From Macrostomum hystrix (taxonomy: Eukaryota; Animalia; Platyhelminthes): a stretch of 64,000 nt of DNA. The stretch covers positions 8,804,001 to 8,868,000 of the forward strand of contig CATNEN010000001.1 in NCBI GenBank assembly GCA_950097015.1, in the 5' to 3' direction. The position numbers and the translations under genes were made by a program. Each line of letters starts with the position of its first letter. The stretch's first letter is position 1. The notes under the pieces were generated by a model. The model did no database searches, was not told the DNA's origin, and saw only the letters and a list, made by a program, of their open reading frames with translations. Positions 1 to 12,700 of this stretch are shown in pieces.

Positions 1-1842
1 AAAGTCGGTGGTTGTTAGACAAAGTCGGTGGTTGTTAGACAAAGTCGGTAGTTGTTAGACAAAGTCGGTGATTGTTAGACAAAGTCGGTGGTTGTTAGGA
101 CAGAGTCTGTGGTTGTTAGACAAAGTCTGTGGTTGTTAGACAAAGTTCGAAGTCGGGTTGTTAGACAAAGTCGGTGGTTGTTAGACAAAGTCTGTGGTTG
201 TTAGACAAAGTCGGTGGTTGTTAGACAAAGTCGGTGGTTGTTAGACAAAGTCGGTGGTTGTTAGACAAAGTCGGTGGTTGTTAGACAAAGTCGGTGATTG
301 TTAGTCAAAGTCGGTGGTTGTTAGACAAAGTCGTTGGTTGTTAGACAAAGTCGGTGGTCGTTTGACAAAGTCGGTGATTGTTAGACAAAGTCGGTGGTTG
401 TTACACAAAGTCGGTGATTGTTAGACAAAGTCGGTGGTTGTTAGACAAAGTCTGTGGTTGTTAGACAAAGTCGGTGGTTGTTAGACAAAGTCGGTGGTTG
501 TTAGACAAAGTCGGTGGTTGTTAGACAAAGTCGGTGGTTGTTAGACAAAGTCGGTGGTTGTTAGACAAAGTCGGTGGTTGTTAGGACAAAGTCGGTGGTT
601 GTTAGACAAAGTCGGTGGTTGTTAGACAAAGTCGGTGGTTGTTAGACAAAGTCGGTGGTTGTTAGGACAAAGTCGGTGGTTGTTAGACAAAGTGGGTGAT
701 TGTTAGACAAAGTCGGTGGTTGTTAGACAAAGTCGGTGGTTGTTAGACAAAGTCGGTGGTTGTTAGGACAAAGTCGGTGGTTGTTAGACAAAGTGGGTGA
801 TTGTTAGACAAAGTCGGTGGTCGTTTGACAAAGTCGGTGATTGTTAGACAAAGTCGGTGGTTGTTACACAAAGTCGGTGATTGTTAGACAAAGTCGGTGG
901 TTGTTAGACAAAGTCTGTGGTTGTTAGACAAAGTCGGTGGTTGTTAGACAAAGTCGGTGGTTGTTAGACAAAGTCGGTGGTTGTTAGACAAAGTCGGTGG
1001 TTGTTAGACAAAGTCGGTGGTTGTTAGACAAAGTCGGTGGTTGTTAGGACAAAGTCGGTGGTTGTTAGACAAAGTCGGTGGTTGTTAGACAAAGTCGGTG
1101 GTTGTTAGACAAAGTCGGTGGTTGTTAGGACAAAGTCGGTGGTTGTTAGACAAAGTGGGTGATTGTTAGACAAAGTCGGTGGTTGTTAGACAAAGTCGGT
1201 AGTTGTTAGACAAAGTCGGTGGTTGTTAGACAAAGTCGGTGGTTGTTAGACAAAGTGGGTGGTTGTTAGACAAAGTCGGTGGTTGTTAGACAAAGTCGGT
1301 GGTTGTTAGACAAAGTCGGTGGTTGTTAGACAAAGTCGGTGGTTGTTTGACAAAGTCGGTGATTGTTAGACAAAGTCGGTAGTTGTTAGACAAAGTCGGT
1401 GGTTGTTAGACAAAGTCGGTGGTTGTTAGACAAAGTCGGTAGTTGTTAGACAAAGTCGGTGGTTGTTAGACAAAGTCGGTGGTTGTTAGACAAAGTCGGT
1501 GATTGTTAGACAAAGTCGGTAGTTGTTAGACAAAGTCGGTGGTTGTTAGACAAAGTCGGTAGTTGTTTGACAAAGTCGGTGGTTGTTAGACAAAGTCGGT
1601 AGTTGTTAGGACAAAGTCTGTGGTTGTTAGACAAAGTCGGTGGTTGTTAGACAAAGTCGGTGGTTGTTAGACAAAGTCGGTGGTTGTTAGACAAAGTCGG
1701 TGGTTGTTAGACAAAGTCGGTAGTTGTTTGACAAAGTCGGTGGTTGTTAGACAAAGTTGGTAGTTGTTAGGACAAAGTCTGTGGTTGTTAGACAAAGTCG
1801 GTGGTTGTTAGACAAAGTCGGTGGTTGTTAGACAAAGTCGGT
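1..1842. repeat. 20-bp minisatellite (AAAGTCGGTGGTTGTTAGAC)n, runs off the left edge; probably intronic to the 5-HT7-like gene
   Basis: About 90 near-identical tandem units; the variant pattern recurs at 351 and 814 (463-bp higher-order duplication). Confidence 0.97.
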
Positions 1843-2654
1843 ACAAAAAATCGATGGAAGCAATGACTATTTATATTTAATGTTAGTTTTACCTTGTGTT
1901 CTACAGTGAAACTTCAGAAATGTCAAATGACCAAGCATCAAATTGTATGGCTACATAAATAGTTCTAATCTCTAGCTTGTAAGTCCGAAGAAGTTGAACT
2001 TATATTGACAAGCGTAAGCCTGTCTGGAGTTGTTCTGTCGTTGTATAGTTAGACAGATGCCCGGCAGAAGAATATTAATTTCTGTTTTTAACTTTGCCCT
2101 GTCCACTCGGCACCAGAAAATATTTCACTTTAGTCTTAGTAGAAGAAGACGCTAATGAGGCCATGGAAAAGATTTGATCCTCTACCGCTTGTGCGGCTTG
2201 TCAGCTGGGGTGTAGCTTGGGCTTGCGCGGAGGGAAGGGGAGGCGCCTTTTCAGCTCCCATATCGCCCCTGATCCTCTCATGGCTATAGCCTTGAGGCAA
2301 ACTTTTCAGCTTCTTACTCTCCCCCTGCCAACGGGTCTCTCTTACCCTCTCCGGCCTGGGTCTCGAGCCCCTCCATCATGTCTCGGATCCCCAAGTCTCA
2401 TCTATTTTGGCATTCCAACGGCATCCGGTCGAGAGGGGAGGATTGGGGATTTAGGGAATGGGAATTTTTTTTACTCTTTCTTGGCCCCTATCCTAATATC
2501 TAGCTCTGGCTCTATATAGTCATGCGCGCTCGAGTATTTGCACTTTTGGCGTCCACAATCAGGCGCGTGTGATGCCAAACTTGCCTGCTGTTTTGGGAAT
2601 TTGTTACTCCCATTCAGATTTGCTGCTAATAGGATCCGTATTTATTCAAGTGTT

Positions 2655-4712
2655 CTCTCCCCTCTGTCATTTCTCCTCCCTCTCCCCTCTCCCCTCTGTC
2701 TTTTCTCCTCCCTCTCCCCTCTCCCCTCTGTCATTTCTCCTCCCTCTCCCCTCTCCCCTCTGTCATTTCTCCTCCCTCTCCCCTCTCCCCTCTGTCTTTT
2801 CTCCTCCCTCTCCCCTCTCCCCTCTGTCTTTTCTCCTCCCTCTCCCCTCTCCCCTCTGTCATTTCTCCTCCCTCTCCCCTCTCCCCTCTGTCTTTTCTCC
2901 TCCCTCTCCCCTCTCCCCTCTGTCATTTCTCCTCCCTCTCCCCTCTCCCCTCTGTCTTTCCTCCTCCCTCTCCCCTCTCCCCTCTGTCATTTCTCCTCCC
3001 TCTCCCCTCTCCCCTCTGTCATTTCTCCTCCCTCTCCCCTCTCCCCTCTGTCATTTCTCCGCCCTCTCCCCTCTCCCCTCTGTCATTTCTCCTCCCTCTC
3101 CCCTCTCCCTCTGTCATTTCTCCTCCCTCTCCCCTCTCCCCTCTGTCTTTTCTCCTCCCTCTCCCCTCTCCCCTCTGTCATTTCTCCTCCCTCTCCCCTC
3201 TCCCCTCTGTCATTTCTCCTCCCTCTCCCCTCTCCCCTCTGTCATTTCTCCTCCCTCTCCCCTCTCCCCTCTGTCATTTCTCCTCCCTCTCCCCTCTCCC
3301 CTCTGTCTTTTCTCCTCCCTCTCCCCTCTCCCCTCTGTCATTTCTCCTCCCTCTCCCCTCTCCCCTCTGTCTTTTCTCCTCCCTCTCCCCTCTCCCCTCT
3401 GTCATTTCTCCTCCCTCTCCCCTCTCCCCTCTGTCATTTCTCCTCCCTCTCCCCTCTCCCCTCTGTCATTTCTCCGCCCTCTCCCCTCTCCCCTCTGTCA
3501 TTTCTCCTCCCTCTCCCCTCTCCCTCTGTCATTTCTCCTCCCTCTCCCCTCTCCCCTCTGTCTTTTCTCCTCCCTCTCCCCTCTCCCCTCTGTCATTTCT
3601 CCTCCCTCTCCCCTCTCCCCTCTGTCTTTTCTCCTCCCTCTCCCCTCTCCCCTCTGTCTTTTCTCCTCCCTCTCCCCTCTCCCCTCTGTCATTTCTCCTC
3701 CCTCTCCCCTCTCCCCTCTGTCTTTTCTCCTCCCTCTCCCCTCTCCCCTCTGTCATTTCTCCTCCCTCTCCCCTCTCCCCTCTGTCTTTTCTCCTCCCTC
3801 TCCCCTCTCCCCTCTGTCATTTCTCCTCCCTCTCCCCTCTCCCCTCTGTCATTTCTCCTCCCTCTCCCCTCTCCCCTCTGTCATTTCTCCGCCCTCTCCC
3901 CTCTCCCCTCTGTCATTTCTCCTCCCTCTCCCCTCTCCCTCTGTCATTTCTCCTCCCTCTCCCCTCTCCCCTCTGTCTTTTCTCCTCCCTCCCCCCTCTC
4001 CCCTCTGTCATTTCTCCTCCCTCTCCCCTCTCCCCTCTGTCATTTCTCCTCCCTCTCCCCTCTCCCCTCTGTCATTTCTCCGCCCTCTCCCCTCTCCCCT
4101 CTGTCTTTTCTCCTCCCTCTCCCCTCTCCCCTCTGTCATTTCTCCGCCCTCTCCCCTCTCCCCTCTGTCATTTCTCCGCCCTCTCCCCTCTCCCCTCTGT
4201 CATTTCTCCGCCCTCTCCCCTCTCCCCTCTGTCATTTCTCCTCCCTCTCCCCTCTCCCCTCTGTCATTTCTCCTCCCTCTCCCCTCTCCCCTCTGTCATT
4301 TCTCCGCCCTCTCCCCTCTCCCCTCTGTCTTTTCTCCTCCCTCTCCCCTCTCCCCTCTGTCATTTCTCCGCCCTCTCCCCTCTCCCCTCTGTCATTTCTC
4401 CGCCCTCTCCCCTCTCCCCTCTGTCATTTCTCCGCCCTCTCCCCTCTCCCCTGTCTTTTCTCCGCCCTCTCCCCTCTCCCCTCTCCCCTGTCTTTTCTCC
4501 GCCCTCTGCCCTCTCCCCTCCCCTCTGTCTTTTCTCCTCCCTCTCCCTTCTTCCCTCTCCCCTCTCCCCTCTCCCCTCTCCCCTCTCCCCTCTGTCCTTT
4601 CTCCTCCCTCTCCCCTCTGTCCTTTCTCCTCCCTCTCCCCTCTGTCCTTGGTCGCTTGTCCCCTCTCCCCTCCCCCATTTTCTCTCTCCCCTCTCCCCTC
4701 TCCCCTCTCTCT
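2655..4712. repeat. 32-bp polypyrimidine minisatellite (TGTCATTTCTCCTCCCTCTCCCCTCTCCCCTC)n
   Basis: Direct tandem units; explains the PSPL-rich ORFs at 2538-4736. Confidence 0.96.
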
Positions 4713-4991
4713 TCCAAGACGGAGATCATAATTTAGCTCGTACTTAATATATTAGACAATTCCTCACTCTTCCCAGTTTCATTTGCAAAGGTGCTTTTTG
4801 AGACATTTCTACTCTCTTTCTCTTTCTTATCTACCTCCCTTTAGTCTACAGTTTCTCACTAGTATCTCTCTTTCTGCTTTCTCTCGTCCTCATTCTGGTT
4901 TAGCCGAAATGTGTTTTGTTTCGGGCCAAAGCAGTCAAGCTTCATTCTACAAGCTAAAAAACTATCTGGCACCCGACTTCGCGCTTTGCAG

Positions 4992-5266
4992 GCTACCTGA
5001 ACTCCTTTCTAAATCCAATAATCTACGCCAAGTTCAACAGAGACTTCCGCATGCCATTCAAGCACATCCTGCTATGTCATTGTCGATCAATCAATAATCG
5101 CCTGCGGGCCGAACAGTACGCTGAGCAATACGGCCTCGCTGGCAGTCATCGAAAAGCTTCGTCTGCCGCGGCCAGCGCCGGAAGGTTGCAGCGACGGCGC
5201 AGCTCCGATGCCAACGCTAGACGAGCTAGGCACAATCTTGACAATGGTGATGAGCATGCCGTCTGA
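4992..5266 (+). CDS. HTR7: Terminal exon of a class A aminergic GPCR, 5-HT7-like serotonin receptor (TM7, helix 8 and C-tail); upstream exons not found in the window
   Basis: Acceptor ttgcAG at 4990-4991, then (G)YLNSFLNPIIYAKFNRDFRMPFKHILLCHCRSINNRLRAEQYAEQYG...DEHAV*. Has the NPxxY motif, FNxxFR helix 8, Cys residues and the YAEQYG tail typical of protostome 5-HT7. Confidence 0.85.
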
Positions 5267-5414
5267 ATGATTGTCCACAGACACTACTGAGATTTATTGA
5301 GATTTATTGAATTTAGAATGAATAACAATGACACACGACTTCTGTGTGTCGATCTGTCACTATCTATATGACTAGAAATATCATATCAAATTTAACAGCG
5401 TAACTGTTTTGCCG

Positions 5415-7012
5415 TACTCCACTTCACACTGCCATCTTATCTCCCATGTCACTCTCCACTTCACACTGCCCTCTTATCTCCCATGTCACTCTCCACTTCA
5501 CACTGCCCTCTTATCTCCCATTGTCACTCTCCACTTCACACTGCCATCTTATCTCCCATGTCACTCTCCACTTCACACTGCCCTCTTATCTCCCATTGTC
5601 ACTCTCCACTTCACACTGCCCTCTTATCTTCCATTGTCACTCTCCACTTCACACTGCCATCTTATCTCCCATGTCACTCTCCACTTCACACTGCCATCTT
5701 ATCTCCCATTGTCACTCTCCACTTCAGACTGCCATCTTATCTCCCATGTCACTCTCCACTTCAAACTGCCATCTTATCTCCCATTGTCACTCCCACTTCA
5801 CACTGCCCTCTTATCTCCCATGTCACTCTCCACTTCACACTGCCCTCTTTTCTCCCATTGTCACTCTCCACTTCACACTGCCCTCTTATCTCCCATGTCA
5901 CTCTCCACTTCACTCTGCCCTCTTATCTCCCATGTCACTCTCCACTTCACACTGCCCTCTTATCTCCCATGTCACTCTCCACTTCACACTGCCCTCTTAT
6001 CTCCCATTGTCACTCTCCACTTCACACTGCCATCTTATCTCCCATGTCACTCTCCACTTCACTCTGCCCTCTTATCTCCCATGTCACTCTCCACTTCACA
6101 CTGCCATCTTATCTCCCATGTCACTCTCCACTTCACACTGCCATCTTATCTCCCATGTCACTCTCCACTTCACACTGCCATCTTATCTCCCATGTCACTC
6201 TCCACTTCACACTGCCATCTTATCTCCCATTGTCACTCTCCACTTCACACTGCCCTCTTATCTTCCATTGTCACTCTCCACTTCACACTGCCATCTTATC
6301 TCCCATTGTCACTCTCCACTTCACACTGCCATCTTATCTCCCATGTCACTCTCCACTTCAAACTGCCATCTTATCTCCCATTGTCACTCTCCACTTCACT
6401 CTGCCCTCTTATCTCCCATGTCACTCTCCACTTCACACTGCCATCTTATCTCCCATGTCACTCTCCACTTCACACTGCCATCTTATCTCCCATGTCACTC
6501 TCCACTTCACACTGCCATCTTATCTCCCATGTCACTCTCCACTTCACACTGCCATCTTATCTCCCATTGTCACTCTCCACTTCACACTGCCCTCTTATCT
6601 TCCATTGTCACTCTCCACTTCACACTGCCATCTTATCTCCCATTGTCACTCTCCACTTCACACTGCCATCTTATCTCCCATGTCACTCTCCACTTCAAAC
6701 TGCCATCTTATCTCCCATTGTCACTCTCCACTTCACACTGCCCTCTTATCTTCCATTGTCACTCTCCACTTCACTCTTATCTCCCATTGTCACTCTCCAG
6801 TTCACTCTTATCTCCCATTGTCACTCTCCACTTCACTCTTATCTCCCACTGTCACTCTCCACTTCACTCTTATCTCCGATTGTCACTCTCCACTTCACTC
6901 TTATCTCCCATTGTCACTCTCCACTTCACTCTTGTCTCCCATTGTCACTCTCCACTTCACTCTGCCCTTTTATCTTCCATTGTCACTCTCCACTTCACTC
7001 TTATCTTCCATC
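5415..7012. repeat. 37/38-bp minisatellite (CACTCTCCACTTCACACTGCCATCTTATCTCCCATGT)n, shortening to a deleted unit after ~6760
   Basis: Tandem units; open in all three + frames. Confidence 0.96.
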
Positions 7013-7927
7013 GCCACAAAACTCCATAGCTATTTACCTGCTGCTGCTGCTGTTGCTAGTGTCGTCAGCAATGTGACTTTTGTGACTTTTTCCGTACCAT
7101 TATATCTTTCTCTGCTGGAATAAGAAAATAAAGATGGCTTAAAATTTTGTGGTCATTTTGTTGTCATATTCCGTCATATCCATTTTTGATAAATGTCAGT
7201 TGTGCTTGCAAGCTTTGCTAATTGGTGTGTGCGAGGACACTAAGGACGCACCATTTACCTGACCCAGTGTAAAAACTGTTTGGCTTCAATTTTAACAAAT
7301 TATCTTTAACTTGTTGTTTTTACCTTTTGGTCACGATAAATCAGCTCATGCGTTGAAGAATGACTTAATTATCTATTTTTTATCTATTTAAGTATGAATA
7401 ACTGCAGCTTTACTTTGTTTTTTTAAAAACAAATTTACTATTACTTAATTGTGTTTTTTTTGCGCAAGCCGACACACAAGTGTAGTAGATTTTTATTTAC
7501 AAGGAAAGTTTTTTTCTCCCCGACACGGCATAAAAGATGATAGCTGTTTGCCAGGCTACATGGCTATGCCACATACTGCTTACAACATACAAACATGTAT
7601 ATATATGACTTATGTATAGACTGCCAGTTGTACAATACCAAATGCCTGTGATAGTTTCATTTGTGTTTTAACGACCCAAAAGCTTGCTTAATTAATTTAA
7701 AAACGAAAAGCACTCAATGAAGTTAGATTCATTATTCAAATATTTCTATTATTTTTAGTGACTTTAGTTTAACAAATTTGTGTTTGAATTTAGTAAAAAA
7801 CAATGATGTTATGATTTAAACGAAATATAAATATATAAATTTTCGTCCGCATTGACACAGACAAAAATGTACTTCAATTCGAAATGTTAAGTACATTTTA
7901 TTTTCTAATATTATCTCGCCGTGAAAC

Positions 7928-9075
7928 TTTGCTGCGATTCCTAGCTCTCTTATCTTGCTTCGATTCTAAGCTCTTGAATCTTGCTGCGATTCCGAGCTCT
8001 CGAAGCTTCCAAGCTTCCAAACTATCAAATCTTGCTTCGATTCCAAAATATCGAATCTTGCTTCGATTCCAAACTATCGAATCTTGCTTCGATTCCAAGC
8101 TGTCGAATCTTGCTGCGATTCCAAGCTCTCGAAGCTTCCAAGCTTCCAAACTATCGAATCTTGCTTCGATTCCAAGCTATCGAATCTTGCTTCGATTCCA
8201 AGCTGTCGAATCTTGCTGCGATTCCAAGCTCTCGAAGCTTCCAAGCATCCAAACTATCGAATCTTGCTTCGATTCCAAGCTATCGATTCTTGCTTCGATT
8301 CCAAGCTGTCGAATCTTGCTGCGATTCCAAGCTCTCGAAGCTTCGAAGCTTCCAAAATATCGAATCTTGCTTCGATTCCAAACTATCGAATCTTGCTTCG
8401 ATTCCAAGCTGTCGAATCTTGCTGCGATTCCAAGCTCTCGAAGCTTCCAAGCTTCCAAACTATCGAATCTTGCTTCGATTCCAAGCTATCGAATCTTGCT
8501 TCGATTCCAAGCTGTCGAATCTTGCTTCGATTCCAAGCTATCGATTCTTGCTTCGATTCCAAGCTGTCGAATCTTGCTGCGATTCCAAGCTCTCGAAGCT
8601 TCGAAGCTTCCAAAATATCGAATCTTGCTTCGATTCCAAACTATCGAATCTTGCTTCGATTCCAAGCTGTCGAATCTTGCTGCGATTCCAAGCTCTCGAA
8701 GCTTCCAAGCATCCAAACTATCGAATCTTGCTTCGATTCCAAGCTATCGATTCTTGCTTCGATTCCAAGCTGTCGAATCTTGCTGCGATTCCAAGCTCTC
8801 GAAGCTTCGAAGCTTCCAAACTATCGAATCTTGCTTCGATTCCAAGCTCTCGAATCCTGCTGCGATTCCGAGCTCTCGAAGCTTCCAAGCTTCCAAACGA
8901 TCGAATCTTGCTTCGATTCCAAGCTCTCGCATTTTGCTTCGATTCCAAGCTATCGATTCTTGCTTCGATTCCAAGCTATCGAATCTTGCTTCGATTCCAA
9001 GCTATCGAATCTTGCTTCGATTCCAAGCTGTCGAATCTTGCTTCGATTCCAAGCTCTTGAATTTTGCTGCGACGG
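7928..9075. repeat. 26-bp CpG-rich quasi-palindromic minisatellite (TCGAATCTTGCTTCGATTCCAAGCTA)n with AAGCTT inserts
   Basis: Tandem units; GAATC/GATTC inverted pair in each unit; block repeated at 8341 and 8599 (258 bp). Confidence 0.93.
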
Positions 9076-9760
9076 CTCGATTGCTTCGAGCCTTGCACTA
9101 GCCATTAAAATCTGTGACGGTTGCTGAGCTGCTAGTGGAAATTATTTTACGAGTAAATATATTATTTTTAGCTCCATTTTAATTCAAAACACGTACTTTA
9201 CAGACCAAACAATATTCAAAGTGATTTATTAAGCGATTGTATGACACAATCCTAATTAGGAAATTGAAATGTTAGAAAAAATTCTGTCAACAAGAATGAT
9301 AGACAAAGCAATCATATTTTACTTTTAGATATAAAAAAAAAATGCCAAAACCATTCATTCAATCACTTATCATGTATATTTTTCAACTAAACTGGAAACA
9401 TTTTGACAAATAGTTAGAACAGAAATAGTTGAAATAGACAAAAGTGCAAATTTTAGAATAATATTTGAAAATTAAATGAATTAATTTAGCTAGATTTACG
9501 GATGTGTGATCCAAAGAAAACAAAACTTACGTTTTTCGCGACATATCGGATTAGAGTACATAACTGCGTATTAGACCCAGAATAAACTTATTTGCCTATT
9601 TTAATAAAAAAGGATTTAAATGGCTTGAAAATTAATTTATCGATACATATTGGAGTACATAATATCTTTTTAGGCATTTTTTGCTGGAACATCGGGATAT
9701 CGGATAAAATTCAATACATATCGGATCGTATTGCCTTTTTAGATACATATCGGCCAAAAT

Positions 9761-12700
9761 TTAAGCTACGGAGAGGCGAATAAGCTGCAGTCCTTGTCCA
9801 ACCGCTAGCAGGTCCAGTTTTTGCTGGCTTTCTTCTCTATCTTCTAGGCCATTGTTAGGCTCAGTCGTCAGCAACAGCAGCAGCAGCTTCTGAGGATCCG
9901 TGAGAGCCAGTCTGCACTCCCTGAGACAGGAGATTTCATCACCGCCTCCCCATTGCCAAATCCTAGCGCAGCAATCGGCGCCAAGGCTGCAGATCAGTTG
10001 TAAATTATTGGGTCTACTAGAAGCAGCAGCGGCGGCGGCAATGGACAGAGCAGCAGAAGAATGCCCGGCTGTTGATTGACAGGTGACAATTGGCTGGCTA
10101 TCACTGTTGGCAGACAATTGACAGCAGGCGATTCTGCCGCTGTCCAGCGCCATGAACAGCAGCCGCCGAGGACAGCAGCAGACGTCGTTAACGCTGCACG
10201 GCATGGCAGCGACGAGGCGAGTTTTCAACGACGAGACCAACGGCTCGCTTCCCTCAGTGAAACTCAGGTGGCAAGCAAGCTGAACCAACTGACCGTCGGA
10301 GGCTGAGCAGACGATTGAGTAGACGTGATTAATAGTAGGCTTATTAGACTGTTCGCCAGTTGAATTGGAATCGGTGGTGGGCAAACTGAAAATGGAAGGA
10401 ACGGAAAATTTCGGGATTTTATTGCGTTACTTTTAATCACGGCGAGAACTTAGCACATTACGAATAATGATTTCGTTAATTTTTCTTAAAAGTCAGTACT
10501 TTTTTATTAGGATGCCATTATTTATCAGAGAAATACCGTTAACTTTATATAGGTAATTCGTTACTTTACTTCGCTACTAAAAATGAATCTCATTAATTTT
10601 GATTCACGTTGACCATTTTTTCAGAGATATATCGCTAAAATTCGTGAACTTTAACGGTTGCGTTACTTTTAATTGGTATTTCGTTACTTTTAAAGTGTTA
10701 CGTTACTTTTTCATGAAATCGCTATTTTTGTGGGGTCTCGCACTTAAACGCTTCTCAAACCCTACCTGGCATCAAGACCTGCCCAGTCGTCATCCGCGCA
10801 CTCCAGAACAATGACCTTCAGCGCGCAAGCGGCCGGCAGTGTCATGAGCCGTCCAATCAGACTAAACCTCAGCTTTGACCCATCGTCATTCTCCAGGCGC
10901 ATAAGCAGGATGTCGCCATTTGAACAGGCGGCAATCAGCATTGTAGGCAAGCCGGCCGATGGCAGAATGGCCAATGACATCACCCGGGTGCTGCCAGCAT
11001 CGTCTGCTTGATCAGAAGCTAGCTTTCTAATTAGCCAACGATCATTGAGTTGACAAGCTGTTAGCGGAGTCAATCGGCAAGCCATGGGATTCGAACCCTG
11101 GGTGACGGACCAAGCGGCGAGTCCGCCCCGACCGCCGCCGGAGATCAGCATGCCGCTGGGGTGCAATTGGTGCTTGGCGACGATGGCATTGGTGGTTGCT
11201 AAGCAACGAACGCTGGAGGCGTGCCCGCGAGAACGAGATAGCGGTGCTAGGGCGACTGGCGAGTCTGTAGATAATTACTTACTTGATTAGATATGTCGCT
11301 AGATGTCTCTTGACGTATTGATCTAGATACGTTGCCAGATGTCTATAGATAAATTGTTTGATCTAGACACGTCGCTAGATGTCTATAGATGGATTGATAT
11401 AGATAGGTCGCTAGATGTCTAGATGGATTGATCTAGATACGTAGCTAGATATCTATAGATGGATTGATTTAGACACGTCGCTAGATGTCTATAGATGTAT
11501 TGATCTAGATTGGTGGCTAGATTTCTATAGATGGATTGATTTAGACACGTCGCTAGATGTCTATAGATGGATTGATCTAGATACGTCGCTAGATGCCTAT
11601 AGATGGATTGATCTAGATACGTCGCTAGATGTCTATAGATGGATTGATATAGATAGGTCGCTAGATGTCTATAGATGGATTGATCTAGACACGTCGCTAG
11701 ATGTCTATAGATGGATTTATCTAGACACGTCGCTAGATGTCTATAGATGGATTGATCTAGATACGTCGCTAGAAGTCTATAGATGAATAAATCTAGATTG
11801 GTGGCTAGATTTCAATGAATTTCTAGCTTTTTTTAACGCTTTTTTATAAAAGAAGATTGCCTTTAAACAATGCACTAAGAAAACAATGTGACAAATGCTA
11901 AAAACATGTACAAACATGTACAAACAAGTCAATCATGTCTGAAAGCTCAGATGATTAATTTACCAGAAGTTTCCGTATCGTCTCCGATAGAAGTAGGACA
12001 CAAGAGAGTGCAGATGGCGCAGTCTTCCGATCCAGTGGCAACCAGAGGGCGATCTTGACCATCTGCGCATTGGGAGATAGGAGAGTGACAGTCTGGGTGG
12101 AGAGAGAGTGACAGTCTGGGTGGAGAGAGTGACAGTCTGGGTGGAGAGAGAGTGACAGTCTGGGTGGAGAGAGAGTGACAGTCTGGGTGGAGAGAGAGTG
12201 ACAGTCTGGGTGGAGAGAGAGTGACAGTCTGGGTGGAGAGAGAGTGACAGTCTGGGTGGAGAGAGTGACAGTCTGGGTGGAGAGAGTGACAGTCTGGGTG
12301 GAGAGAGAGTGACAGTCTGGGTGGAGAGAGTGACAGTCTGGGTGGAGAGAGTGACAGTCTGGGTGGAGAGAGTGACAGTCTGGGTGGAGAGAGTGACAGT
12401 CTGGGTGGAGAGAGTGACAGTCTGGGTGGAGAGAGTGACAGTCTGGGTGGAGAGAGTGACAGTCTGGGTGGAGAGAGAGTGACAGTCTGGGTGGAGAGAG
12501 TGACAGTCTGGGTGGAGAGAGAGTGACAGTCTGGGTGGAGAGAGAGTGACAGTCTGGGTGGAGAGAGAGTGACAGTCTGGGTGGAGAGAGAGTGACAGTC
12601 TGGGTGGAGAGAGTGACAGTCTGGGTGGAGAGAGTGACAGTCTGGGTGGAGAGAGAGTGACAGTCTGGGTGGAGAGAGAGTGACAGTCTGGGTGGAGAGA

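Noticed and set aside
2140-2519. Hammerhead-like CTAATGAGGCC and a 100-aa ORF
   Set aside because: Catalytic core and stems not satisfied; the ORF has a non-ATG start and no recognisable homology
2538-9127. Long overlapping ORFs (PSPL-, HFTL- and SKLS-rich)
   Set aside because: Translations of tandem repeats, open in several frames, with no domain content
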